Below, piece after piece: positions 39,891 through 53,300 of a stretch of 64,000 bases of DNA. Position 1 is the first letter of the stretch. Every line of letters begins with the position of its first letter. Under the pieces are notes generated by a model. That model was given only the letters and a program-made list of their open reading frames with translations. It did not search any database and was not told the origin of the DNA. The DNA comes from Phyllosticta citribraziliensis (Eukaryota). The stretch covers positions 1,364,001-1,428,000 of the forward strand of contig NW_027117342.1 of NCBI RefSeq assembly GCF_038025025.1, in the 5' to 3' direction. A program made the translations under genes and the position numbers.

Positions 39891-42800
39891 TTTAGGGTGG
39901 ATATAGTCTATAGTATAGGTAGGAATACTACTAATAAAACTAGATAAGGGAAATTAGGTATAGAAATAAAAAACTAAGCTAGACTATAGTATTTTCTAAG
40001 TATCTAAGGATATTAATTTAGGGGGTATTCCTATAAATTTAGGTTATAGAATTAGGGATCCTATATATTTTAAAGAGAAATAGCTAGTACTAGAGGGCTA
40101 ATAGTAGGTAATATAGTAGAATAATAACCTTTAAGAAAGGAGGTCTAGGGTATAGTAGTACCTTATAGTAGTCCTTAAGGGGGTCTTTAGAGTTAGAGTC
40201 TAATTCTATAACTTAGTTAAGTTTATAACTAGAGTAAAGCCTCTCCTTAAGTAGGGGTATAGGAGTCTAGATATTATATTCCTTTTATTATAGAGAAGGG
40301 TACCTTTTATAGATTAGTATTAGAGGTACCTTAGCTATAGGTTACTCTTTTAGAATTAGGTCTTTTATAGGTATAATAGGTTCTTCTTAAAGGTTATCCT
40401 CTTATTATAGAAATCTTTTAAGCTATTATCCTAGATAGGTACTTTAAAGCTAAGCCCCTCTCCTTCCTAGCTCCTTAAGGTAATAGGTATCTATATAATA
40501 GTTAACTTAAAAGATCTTATAGGGGCCTTACTATTAAAACTATATCTTTTTATTATAGGCTATTTCTAATATAGAGTTTTTTAAGAGTACTATATCTCCT
40601 TTATTTAGGATATTAGTATTAGGATAGATATTATAAATATTATCCTAGTATTTTATAGCTATAATTCTTTATTAATAGGTATATAAGGTAACCTTAGATA
40701 GTTACTAGTCTTATTATTTAATCTATTAGATCTAAAGGGTAAGGAGGTTAGTATTATTCTATACTAAAGACTAAGGTAGAGCCTACTAAGAAAGGATTTC
40801 TAGCTTAATTAGAAGAATTATATTATACCTATATACTAGTTCTACTAGTATTAGACTAGTAGTTCTTTAAGTAGTAGTATAGTCTATCTAAGTAATAGTT
40901 AGTAGATAGAATATCTAATATCTACTACTATCCTAGATAAGTTTTAAAAGGGTATTAAGGATAGGCTAATAACCCTATTTAATAAAACTATTAGCTATTA
41001 GGTAGTAAGTACTTATTAAGTAGATATTAATACTATATTTAATTTAAAGGGCTTCTACTATAGCTTTATTTTTAGGGCCTCTATCTTAGGTAATCTAGGT
41101 TAGGTATCTATATTAGTAGATAATATCTTTATAGATAAATCTTACTATTTTTAAAGAGTTAGCTATTTTTATAGTAGCTACCTTAACCTATCCTAAGACT
41201 TTTTCCTAAGTAATAGTATATTTTAATTTTCTATTACTTTTAGTAATATAGGTTATATTAATTACCTATTAAGATATTAAAGTAGTTATATAGGAGACTT
41301 TAAGAGATTCTTTAATATAATAGGATACTTATTACTAATATTCTAGATAGGACTTAATAAATTAATAGATATCTTTATAAAGAGTATCTTAAAAGTAGAG
41401 TTTTAAGACCTTAGCTAAAGTAGCTTCTAGGCCTTAGTAACTATTTTTATTATAAATATTTTCCTAAATAGCTTATTATTAATTAGGGCTATTAACTACC
41501 CTATAGAGTAGTAAGTTTTAGGTTACCTTTTTAAATAATATCTAGTTATAAATAATAAATTTAAGGGCCTACTTCTTAAAGGATTTAAATTCTGCTTAAT
41601 CTAAATAAGGAGGATACTAAAGTATAGTAAGCTATTTAGTAATTATAAGATATTTTTTAGTTAAGTATAACTTATTAAGTAGGGATTAAATTAGAGGAAT
41701 TTCTAGTAATATTACTCTAAATTAGTTTAGAGTATTATTTAATATATCCCTATTTTCTTTATTATTATTATTAAGCTAGATAGGGTATACTTTAATATTA
41801 TATATAAATAATTAATTCTATATCTAGTTATCTATATTTTATAAAGGTATAGGCTCCTCCTCTTTATCTAGTAGTTACTTAAAAGTTAGATTTTAAGAGA
41901 GTCTATCTACTACTAGGTTCTTTCTTCTAGGGATATAATAAATATTAAAGTCTATTAATTAGATCTAGATAAGCTAATAGGTTATAAGTACTCTAGGAAG
42001 ATCTATTACTATTTTATTAATTTAGGCTATTAAGATAGTATAATTAGTCTTAATAGTAAATTTTATTATATATAGCTAAGACTTAAATTTCTTTAGGCTA
42101 TTAAGAAGAGCCTTATATTTAAGTTTTCTAGAGTTATAGTTTTATTCTATAGAATTCTATATTCTACTCTTATAATAATAAGGGTATCTTTTATTATTAT
42201 CTCTAATCTAGAGGAGGTAGCCTCCCTAGCTAATATTAGAAGTATTAACTATTAAAATAATTTCTCTAGCTCCTTTACTATAGTTAATTAATCTAAGTAC
42301 TAGGGCCCTTATTAGGCTTCTCTTTAAAGAATCTATTAAGTCTTATTCTTTAAGGCCCTAAGTAAATTCTACTAATTATTAAAGGAGATTAAATAATAGA
42401 GTAGCTACTATAGTATAGTTTTTAATCTAAATATAATAGTAGGTATATATTCCTAAAAATATTCTAATATAGTATTTATTTTTATATTTTAGCTAGTCTA
42501 TAATAGTAGTAATTTTTAATTAGTAGGGCTCCCTTCTATTTTCTCTATAGATATATCTAATAATTATGACCTTAAGGTAATAGAACTAATACTTTAGTAC
42601 TAAGATAGTATATCTAGTAAGTTTAAGTTCTAGTAGTATAGTATCTAGGTTTAGTAGGTATTTAAGAATATATTATTAAACCCTAGGGACTACTATCTTA
42701 TTATTATACTTAGTCTTTAGTCTAGCTACTCTAATATTATTAAGATAAGGTCTAGCTACTTTCCTAAGGATCTAATAAAGAATAAATTCTATAACCCTTT

Positions 42801-45800
42801 AAAATTAACCTAGTAAGTTAGTTACTCCTTAAGGAAGGGTTATTTATTAGAAAAGGCTAAGGCTTATCTAGAAAGTTATTAAGTCTTAGGAGTTAATATA
42901 GAGACCTATTTAATTATAGCTAGAGAGGAAGTTAAGGATATTAAGTAGTTATATACCTATAAACCATTTAGAATATTTATCTATTATTAGGGGTTAGTAT
43001 ATATTATAGATAGTTTAGGTATTAACTTATTATATATTATTAATTATCCTATAGATCCTTAAAGATTTCTTTTCTACTAGGAAAACCCTATTTTAGTAGC
43101 TTACTTAGCTATATTTAAGTATTCCTTTTATATAATATTTACATACTATTTCTTTAAAAATACTTTAAAGAGCTCAGGGAATATAGTATCCCTTAATTTA
43201 TTAAGCTTTATAAGGAATTATCTTAATCTTCTATAGAGGTACTACTACTTTATTAACTTTACCTATTTCTTAAAAGGTCTAGGCTAGGGTTTCTTCTTAA
43301 TTAAATAGGATTTTAAGTAGGATTACTTTTTCTTATTCCTATAGACCATCCTATATATATAGTTTATATAGTTGTTCTTTAGTAAGACAAGATCTGGTCT
43401 AAATAGTTATAAATTAGGGGATAAAGCTAAGATAGCTATAAGGACTTAATTCTATAGGTATTATTATAAGTACTTTTTTCTATACTTTTACCCTCTATTC
43501 TAAATTAACTTCTAGTACTTAGGTAGAAGATCTAGTATTATTAACTAGTTTTATTTTATTTACTTTATTTTTATAGGTAGTATTAACTCCCTAATCTTAA
43601 GGGATAAAAGGTTTATAAATCTTATTAGGTAGCTATTATTCTACCCTAAATTCTTTATTTTCCTCTTATTATCTAGTAGATAATAGGGTACTAAAAGGCT
43701 ATTCTTAATTATCTTTAGCTTCTTTTTATTTAATTTTAAAATAATTCTTTTCTATAATAAGAGAGTTAGGTATAACTATAAAAATTCTATCCTATTCTTT
43801 AGGTAATAAGCTAAATTTTTTAAACTTAGAATTAAGGAAGGAAGGTAGTTTATTTTAGTCTAGTAAAGGGATTATTAATATAGGAAAAGATAAGAAAGGT
43901 ATAGACTCTAGACTCTAGGTTAAACTTTTAAATAATAGCTTAAGCTATACTTAATTCCTTAAGTTAATTATTTATTAGGGAAGGAGAGATAGAAATTAAT
44001 ATAGCTCTTATTATTAGGGTAGGTAAATTATCCTTTAGTAAGTCTATTTAGGAAAAGATTTAATATAAAACCTACTTAGTAGAGCTATAGTAATTTAAGA
44101 AGAATTAGCTAAGTTATCTCCTAGCTAATAAAGAATACTCCTTTAAAGGGTACTCCTTAGATTAAAATAGCTAAATCTGGTATCTACTATTTAAAAGATT
44201 CTCCCTTTTACCTACTTATACTAACTATTATATTATCCTAAAGTTTATTAGGTATATCTATAGTTATAATACTACTTATTTCTATAATATCTTATTAAAT
44301 TATGTTAATCTTAGCTCTAGTATCTAGAAGAGCTTTTATATTATAAAGTATCCTAATACTAATTAGAATATGTAGAAGATTATAATAGAATAGAATGTAA
44401 CTAGTACTCTACTCTTCTTTAAAGACCTTAGTACTTATTAGGCTAGGAGTATAGTTATAGTAGATTTTACCTAGGTACTATTCTGGCCTATAGGTAAAGG
44501 TATTAATATAGAACTTTTATTTCTTTTTCTTTAGTTTTATAGGAGTAGAACTCTTACTATAAATCTTTCTAAATCTAATTAGTAAGGTAGTTAGGATGGG
44601 TTCTAGAAGTAGTTATTAGTCTTAATTAAATTCCTAGATCCTTAGTTCTATACTTAATACTAGGTAGTTAAAATCTAGACCTTTTAGATAGAGCTAAATA
44701 TAGTTATACTTAGTAACTTATATAAGAACTTATCCTAGCTACCTAACTTCTACTACCTAACCTCTTTCTTAGTATATAATTTCTAAGGGTTTATCTAAGT
44801 TAATAATATAACCTATCTATTTCTTTTTATAAATAATATTTACTTCTTTATAGACTCCTCTATTAAAGATAAAGCTATTTAGCCTCTTTTAGAACTCTTT
44901 CTTTATATAGGAGTATTAATAACCCTATTCCTTTATAAGCTATAAGAGAGCTTCTAGACTAGCTTTTTCTTCTTTTATCTAATTACTCTAAACTAGTTTA
45001 GAGTTTTTAGGCTATAGTATTACTTTAGGTAGTCTAGTTAATATTAAGGGTAGATTTAATTTAAAATACCTATATATATTTTTATTAATCTAGTTAGAGG
45101 ATTCTTAAATCTACTTTTAAGTATAATTAAGCTAATATTTAAGATATTAAATAATTCTTTCTAGTATATAAAGCCTAATCTATCTATCCTTAATAATTTT
45201 TCTTTTATACTAGTATTACCTTATTCCTAACTATTCTATATAGCTTAGGACTTCTTATATATCATTATTATCTAATAAATCTTCCCCTTTTTAGTAGTAT
45301 CTTAGGATAATTTTTAGAAAGATTAGATAGAATAGTCTTCCTAGACCTTATAGGTATAATTTTATAGTATTAAATTCCTTTTCTAGTTTACTAAAAATCT
45401 TATTCTAGTAGGTAGCTTATTCTTTTTCTTTTACTTAATCATTTATAATCCTTTCTATAAATATAATAAAGTACTTAGCTATAGAGATTATATAGTCATC
45501 ATAAAGTCTACTCTTTTTATCTAATTTAGTTCTTCTATTATTAACTAGAGTTATTACCTTAATACCAACTTTTTCTTTATTAATTAGGATAGTATATATT
45601 TTAATTAGGTCTATATCTATTTTAATAGGGGTTTTATTCCTTCTTAGGCTAATTTAAATAGTATTAATAGTATTCCTAATAGTCCTTATTAGGATTCCTT
45701 TAATATTAAATCTTAAATATAGAAGCTTATTTATAATAGGTTTAAGTTTATTCTATTCTAAGAAGCTTTTAGGTTAATTAAAGAAGTTAATTACTATCTC

Positions 45801-48800
45801 CCTCTATAATAGTTAGAAGAGAGAGTTAATAAGAAGTAGAGGGTAGGTATTAGGCTAAGTATCCTTATTATTAGAGGGTCCCTTTTTAGGGGCTGCTTTT
45901 ATATCTTATATATCTATATTATTACCTTATATCTAGGGTAGGGTAACTCTAAAAGTCTAGTAAAAGGTTAGTTAGTTTATTTAGTCTATTATTAGTAGTT
46001 TATTTTATAGTTAGAAAGCTAGAACTACCTCCTATTCTTCTTTAAGCTCTTTAAAATAAGGATTTCTATATATTTTAGCTCTCTTAAAGGCTAATTTAAT
46101 ACCTATCTTTAAATTTAAAGCCTTTATTAGTTATTTAATTCTTCCCTTCTAGATCTTATTAGGCTAAAGATATTAGGGGCTATAAATATTTCTATCTATA
46201 CCTATAGTATTTACCTTAAAGTAGTTAACTTTAAAGTCTCTTATAATTCTTAGGTTACTTAAGAAGAAGATATCTATTTCTTAGTCTAGCCTATAGTAGA
46301 GGTTATAGAAGTAGGTAATATTACTTTAAATATTCTTTATAGGTAGCTTTTAGTACTTATAAATTAGATAGCTATATTATTTTAATTCCTACCTAATAGC
46401 TTCTAGCTTTTTTATACTAAATTCTCTTAAAATAATAATTAAGGGTATTAATAGAGTATAGTCCTTAGCTTTTCTAATAAAGAAGTAGTTATTCTTATAT
46501 TTATATATCTAGCCTTAATCTTTATAAAATTTAATTTCTAGATAGTCCTAAATAAGATATCTACCCTTTCTATATATAAAATAAGTAGGTTATCTATTCT
46601 ACCTATTAGGTAGTACCTCTATATAATTATTTACTAGATATTATTAATTATTTAGAGGAGCTAAGAAGTTCTAATTATTTTAATAAGGCCTGGTTAAAGG
46701 ATTATATTTATATAATTAAGGGTATATATAAGTGAGGTAATAGTAATAAAGATCCTTATTAGTATATATATAAGTAAAGTAAGGATTAAATTTAAGAGTA
46801 TATTAGGCTTTAATTTTATTAATATTAAGATAGGAAAACTATTTATAGAGTTCTTCTATATCCTTTATACTAGGGTTTAATTCTTAGTATAATAAGTTTC
46901 TAAAACTATTAATAATTACCTTACTAGGGGGTCCTTCTTTAAAGGCTATAAGTTTTATAAAGATAGAAGATTTAATATATTTATTTAATTTAGGATTTAA
47001 GATAATCTTTTTATATAGTTTAAGGTCTAGCTTAAGATATTATAAGAGTAAATACTTAGACTAATAAGTTAAGTTATTAGCCTAGACTTATTTTAATATT
47101 TTAGTAATTTCTTTAGCTCTATTTATATTCTTAACTAGTTTATCCTAGGACTAATTATCTCTTTTACTTTATATAAAATTATATTTCTTAAGAATCTATA
47201 TTATATCTTTATCTAAATAGCCCTTAAAGAATAATTTAATCTATTAGGTTTCTATTATAAATCCCTTTTTTTTAACTAGTTTAGAGTCTATTTTATATAC
47301 TTACTAGTATTAATAAAAGTACTTCTAGTTATTCTAAAGATTCTTCTTTTCCTTTATAAGGTAGTAAAGCTACTTTAGAGTTCCTTTATCTTTTTCTAGA
47401 TCTCCTTTAGAGTAGTTAGTAAGGAATTATTCTTTAAAGGCTTTTTAATTCCCCTCCTTCCCTATCTTTTTAGTTTTAACTACTTAGTAGTTATCCCTTC
47501 CTTTAAAATACTAAACTAATTCTATATATTTAGCCTAGTTATTATATCTATAAGAGTTAAGAAGATATTTAAAGTTATATATCTACTCTATAGCTTATTT
47601 CTTAATAAAGAGTAGGTAGGTAGTAGTTCTATACTTTAAGAGTAGTTATTTAATTATAATAACTTATTATAGTAGGGATATTTCTCTACTAGAGGTTAGG
47701 GTTTAATAGATATTAATATAGCTAAGAAGTACCTAGAACTAGTTAGGGGTAAAGATATAGCTAATAACTAGGGGGGATCCTATAGTTCTAGTATTATATT
47801 ATAGAGTCTTAGCTCTTCCTATCTAATCTCTTAATAATAAGTTATATTATATCCTATTATTATTAAAAAGTAGTAATGATATTCTTTAGAGAGAGGGTAG
47901 AAGATAAGTTTAAAGTTAATTTTAAGGTTTTAAAGGGTCTATTTAAGAGTAATCTTTTTAAGGGATAATTTAACTTATCTAATTTAGGTACTTTTAGTAA
48001 TCTTCTTAAGTTCCTATAAGTTTTAGTTAAATTTAAGTATTAGTAAAAGATCTTTAGTTTCTTAAGGTTAAATAATAAGGGTTTAACTAGGTAGGATTTA
48101 AATAAGGTAATATAAAGATATTATTTAGAACTAGTTCTAAGTAAATAAGATTTATTTTTAGTAATTTTATCTAAGATTTAAAGAACTTAATAGAATATAA
48201 TAACCTAACTAAAGATATAATATAGTAGGTACTCTAGCTAGAAATAATAATAAGGTCTTAGAAATTAAAGGTAAGGTTACTCTAAACCTTAAAAGCTTCT
48301 TACTTTACTCTAAGTTTTCTTTAATAAAAGATAAAAGAACTAAAAGATAAGGATAGTTAACTAAAGTAGATTAAACTAAATTTACCTTATAGGTATTATT
48401 TAATTAATCTTTTTATATCTTATATCTTACTTACTATTTAATATCTCTTTTCCTAATTATTACTTACTCTTATCTCTTATATATTTACTTCTATTATATA
48501 TAGCTACTATAACCTTATATACTTTACTTATCCCTTCTATATATAGTTATTTCTTTCTCTTCCTTTAGTGCTCCTTCTTTTTATATGACTGCTCTAGATT
48601 ATGACCTTCTTAGTTAAAGTCTATCTTAGACTACTAGTAGTTTCCTTATAACTAGTCTAGATTAAGTCTATCTTAGATATTTTTCTACTTATATTAATTA
48701 TTAATATAGCTAATCCCTTTTCTCCTTCTTAAAGAAAGGGTTAAGCTTAGTTATAAAGGTCTTATTATATACTTAGTTTTTATTAAGAGGGTCCTAATAT

Positions 48801-50348
48801 TTAAAGTTACCCTTAATCTTTATTATACTTCTATTTTTATAGTAAAGATTACTATTTATAGTATTTTTAAAAAGGATATTATTAAGATTATAAGTAAGGC
48901 TAAAATTCCTTAATATTTTTAGTATAGTTTTCTAGTCTAGATTTGCCCCTTTAAATATACTAAGTAGGGTACCTAGTATACTATTCCCCTAGTATAGTTA
49001 CTAATTTTATCAGCCTAGGGTAGGACCTTAGGAAAATAACTCTACTAGTAAAGACTCCTTAATAAAAACTATCTCCTAGAAAATTATCTAGTTTAGTAGG
49101 GGGAGATTAATTATATAACTAATTATATAATTTTATATAAATACCTAGTTTTTCTAAAGTACTCTATTTAGTAATTCTAAATTTATAGCTCTATTCTTTA
49201 TTCTATAATAACCTTCTATAAATAGCTCTTTTAATCTTTCTATTATTTATATTTCCTAATAGGGACTAAGATTTATTTTCTCTAAAATAGTATAGAGTTT
49301 TTAAATAGGGTTTTTAAATTTAAATAAGTAGAAAAAGGTATTAAATAAAGGAGAGAAAATCTATACCTTAGGTAGGAACTTTTAGTATAGAAAGAGTATA
49401 TTTATTTTTTACTCTCCTCTCTCTAGACTAAATCTATAAGGCTAGATTATATACTTCTTCCTTAATCCCTATATATTATATAATATTAGTAAGCCTGAGG
49501 CAGTCTCTAAGCTAAGTCTACTCTACTATCTTATAGTAGTTTATATAGGGGTAGGAATATTAGTATATTATCTAACTTATTACTACTAAAAAAGAATAGC
49601 TTAATATTTATCTTCTCCTTAATAATTATCTCTAGTAGGTTCTAGGGAAATATGGTATAGTTTCTAGGAATATTAACTAGATAACTATCTAGTCCCTTAA
49701 TAGTTAATATTTATACCTTATAATTCTTATTTACTATAGTATAGTATAGCTAAGGTTAACTAAGTAAAATGCTCTATAGGTTAGCTTAATTAGTAACCTA
49801 TACCTAGACTAAGAAGTCTGTATTTATAACTATAATAATAAAGTAAATAAAGTAATATAGGTAATTAGGGCCCTTAGTAGTATATATCTAATAGGGTATA
49901 TATACTATATAGACTAGTAACTATATTATCTAGACTATCTTTCTAAGGATAAGGTTTACTATAGTACCTATATTAATAAGGACTTCTCTTATTTACTAGA
50001 GATAAGAATCTAGGCTATTACTTAGTTAGTATATAATAATAGTAATATAGAAGTTCTTAATATATAGGTTACTAATACTATTATTATAGAATAATATAGT
50101 CTCCTTATAGAACTAAATATCTATAGCCTTATCTAGGACCTTCTTCTTCTTCCTAGTCCTCTTAATAGCTAGGCCCTTTACTAATAAGGTATATACCTTA
50201 GGTAATAATTAGAAGAGGTACTTTATATAGAAGTCTAGGGATAATTATATCTTATTAATTACCTTTATAAAGTTATAAGTAGGCTAGTTTAGTATTATCT
50301 AGATAATTAGTAGTTCTATAGCCTTCTTCTTCTTCTTAAGCTTACTTA

Positions 50349-53300
50349 TATTACGACTTGTAGATTTCTCGTTATATAGGTAAGGGCTAAAGGTAAACTG
50401 CTAGAGAATGTGTATGTGTCTTAATTAAATCTAATAAGTTAAAAGAATAAAATATAAAAGATACTTACTGCCTATATATTTCCTAGTCCTTCCTTTATAC
50501 TGTTCTACCTCTTGTCCTTTATATAAGGGTCCTTAGTTATTATTAGGTGAGTTGTGAAGGTGAGGTGTTAATGGGCTATTATGTAGTATCTGCCTAGGGC
50601 TATAGTGGCTGGTGCTAGGCTATAGTGGCTGGTGCTAGCCTGTGGGTTTTAGCCTGAGCTGTAGTGGGCTACTGCCTGAGGTAAGGCTTATGCTTCCTAT
50701 AACTGTATAATACTGGGTTTATCTATACTGGCCCTAGTGCTTATATAGGTGTGTATATGCCTATTATGACATGCCCCCCCTAAAGAGAAGCTGAAATTGT
50801 AGGAATTAGTAGCTGTAGGTGCTTATATAGGTGTAGACTTATAATATATAATAGTAGTAATTTGGTGATTTAAGCATTCTGTGTAGTTATAAAGTATAAT
50901 TATTAGTCTAGGTCTACTACTATACTATCTCTTTCTATTACTATCTCTTTTACTGCATAACCTGTAGAAGGTTGCCATCTTGCTTAGCTATATCTAAAGC
51001 TCCCTATTAAAGTATATTGTTGCCCTGGTCTAATTTGGCCATGATCTAGTAAACTGACTATTATATATAAAGGTTCTAATAATTTGAATGATTTATACCC
51101 TACTAATAGTAAAGTAGATATTCCTGGCTGCTATGTACTTAATATATCTGCTGCTTATTATGGTCTAGTCTATTAGGACTCATTACTATTATATAAGAGT
51201 TATAGTATTAAGTTATTATTATATAGTGTTGTTTGCGATCCATTATAGTTACTGCTTACTTAGAGAGCTGTTTTAGCTAGTAGTATCTATAAGGACTATT
51301 ATATAGAGTTCTAAGGTGAGTAAACTTTAATTCTATCTCTTTAGACTATTACTAATTGTTATCTAGGCTGTTAAGTGGTATTATATATCTAGGTTTTACT
51401 GCTTTATCATCCTGTCTTGCCGACTAATATAATTGTAGAGGAGGATACTTATATAAAGACTTAGTTAGGCCAGGCTTTACTTACTTAGCTAGGAATAGCT
51501 ACAGGCTTGTTACTTTATCTATAGCATACTATAGTGTCAGGTTCTACTTAATTAGTATTATTAGTTATTACGTAAGGTTCATCATCTATAGCTGTATAGC
51601 CTGCTACTAACTAGTATATTACGCTGTATTGCTACTAGTTTACTGTCGCACAGCCTGTTTTAGAGGAAGAAGGTAAAGAGCCTATTTATACGTGCTATTA
51701 TTATAATCCTGTGGCTTGTTAGGTTCTAGCAGCTAAGTACTTACTGCCTACTACTTTGCATGATAGCAGTAATAGTGAGATTTATATTATAGTATTACTA
51801 GTTAGCTCTAATAAGGCGCCTATTAAGTAGGACTTTAAGTTGATACTTTATATTCCTTATAAGAATATAGAGAGTATCACGCAAGTAAGTTTATCTTACT
51901 AATATAAGGGATTCTTATCTGACTAACTATATAGGCACACCTTAGTAGTTCTAAAGTATAAGAGCGCGCTAAATACATCTTGGCCTTAGGTAATAGTATG
52001 CCTTACTTGTATATTATAGTTTCTGCTTAGTAATTTAACTACTTATTAGTTAAAACTTAAGCCAGCTTGCGTGATGCTTTTCTTATCTAGTATACTAGAA
52101 TTAATAACCCTATTAGCTGTACTAAGTATTATAATAATACTAATACTTGCGCGTTTATTAGTTATTACTACCTGCCTAGTTTCTTATAGGGCTGCTGCGC
52201 CAACTGCCTTTAGGGTATAGGTAACTTAAACTATACTATTAGTAACTTAAAGGGTGCCAAGCCGCCTGCTTATTATAAGAGGCGTAAAGATAAAATTCGC
52301 ACAGAGGAGTTCTAGAACTTATACTATTAAGCTAGGGTAGAGGATTAAACTAATTAGGCTTTAGCTAAGTAGGACATCCTGCCTAATAAGCTAGAGGATC
52401 TAGAGGAGACTGTCTTATATAATAATAGTTATAATAAGAAGAAGGGAAAAGGAAGGAAGTAAAGGAAGGGATAGTAGGGAATAAGTAATAAAAAGGAAAG
52501 ACTAGAGAGTAGAAGTCAAGATTAATAGTATTTATATAAGGGTAGATAGTAAACTAATTAGTCTACTTTCTATATCTTTATAATATTTACTATAGGCCTA
52601 AGTGACTTGTTTTATTATTACTTTCTCTTTTAATCTAGGGTTCTTCTTAAAGGAAGGTAGTTTTCTATTTTTCTAGATTTTTTAGTAGTCCTACTATAGT
52701 AGGGTGTAATAAATAGAATTCTTCAATTTTCTATAGTGCGCTGCTAAAAGAACTTATATTATACTACTAGTCATCTTAGTTATATCTAGTCTATTTAACT
52801 TAGTATTAAAGCTTCCTATATAAGACTTAACTAGCTTAAATATAGTCCACTTCCTACTTAGGCTTATCTTAAATAATCTTAGGTTTAGGTTTAGTATATT
52901 CCTAACTAGGAAGCTATTCTATTTCAGCCTTATATAGCCTATTAGTATAGAAAAGGTTGACTATCTTTATATATAAGGGAAGATTAAGGATATAGGAGGG
53001 TCCTTCTATTCCTATAATCTTAAAAGGTCTAGTATTAGGAAAGTCTAATTTGAGGTTTAGCCAATTAGTAGACCATCCTGTTTTCTTAATATAGATGTAA
53101 TCTCTAACTATAAAGTCTAGCGCGCGACGGTATTTATTGGCTTGTTAGTATATATACTCTTAGGATTTAAGAATAAGATTCTTTATAAATTTAAAAGCTT
53201 CTTATCTTCTCTTTTATAGTATTTATACTACTATACAAGCCATTTTCTCTAGTTGCTAGGGGGTTTCAGTTCTTTATTACTAGTTATAGTGTAATTAAGG

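Larger units (their letters stand above)
34660..49535 (-). mobile_element. Family C Ty3/Gypsy element (Ylt1-like motifs), 14876 bp, heavily RIP-mutated
   Basis: 528-bp LTRs at 34660-35187 and 49008-49535. 4-bp TSD GTAG at 34656-34659 and 49536-49539. De-RIP motifs on minus: protease ALLDTGAEIN (~44305-44335), RT LPQGATNSPGQFQRV..PYLDDIGV (~42725-42840), integrase DGGPENK and SAYHP.ANG.IERGH.PI.DAL (~40950-41090). Confidence 0.92.
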
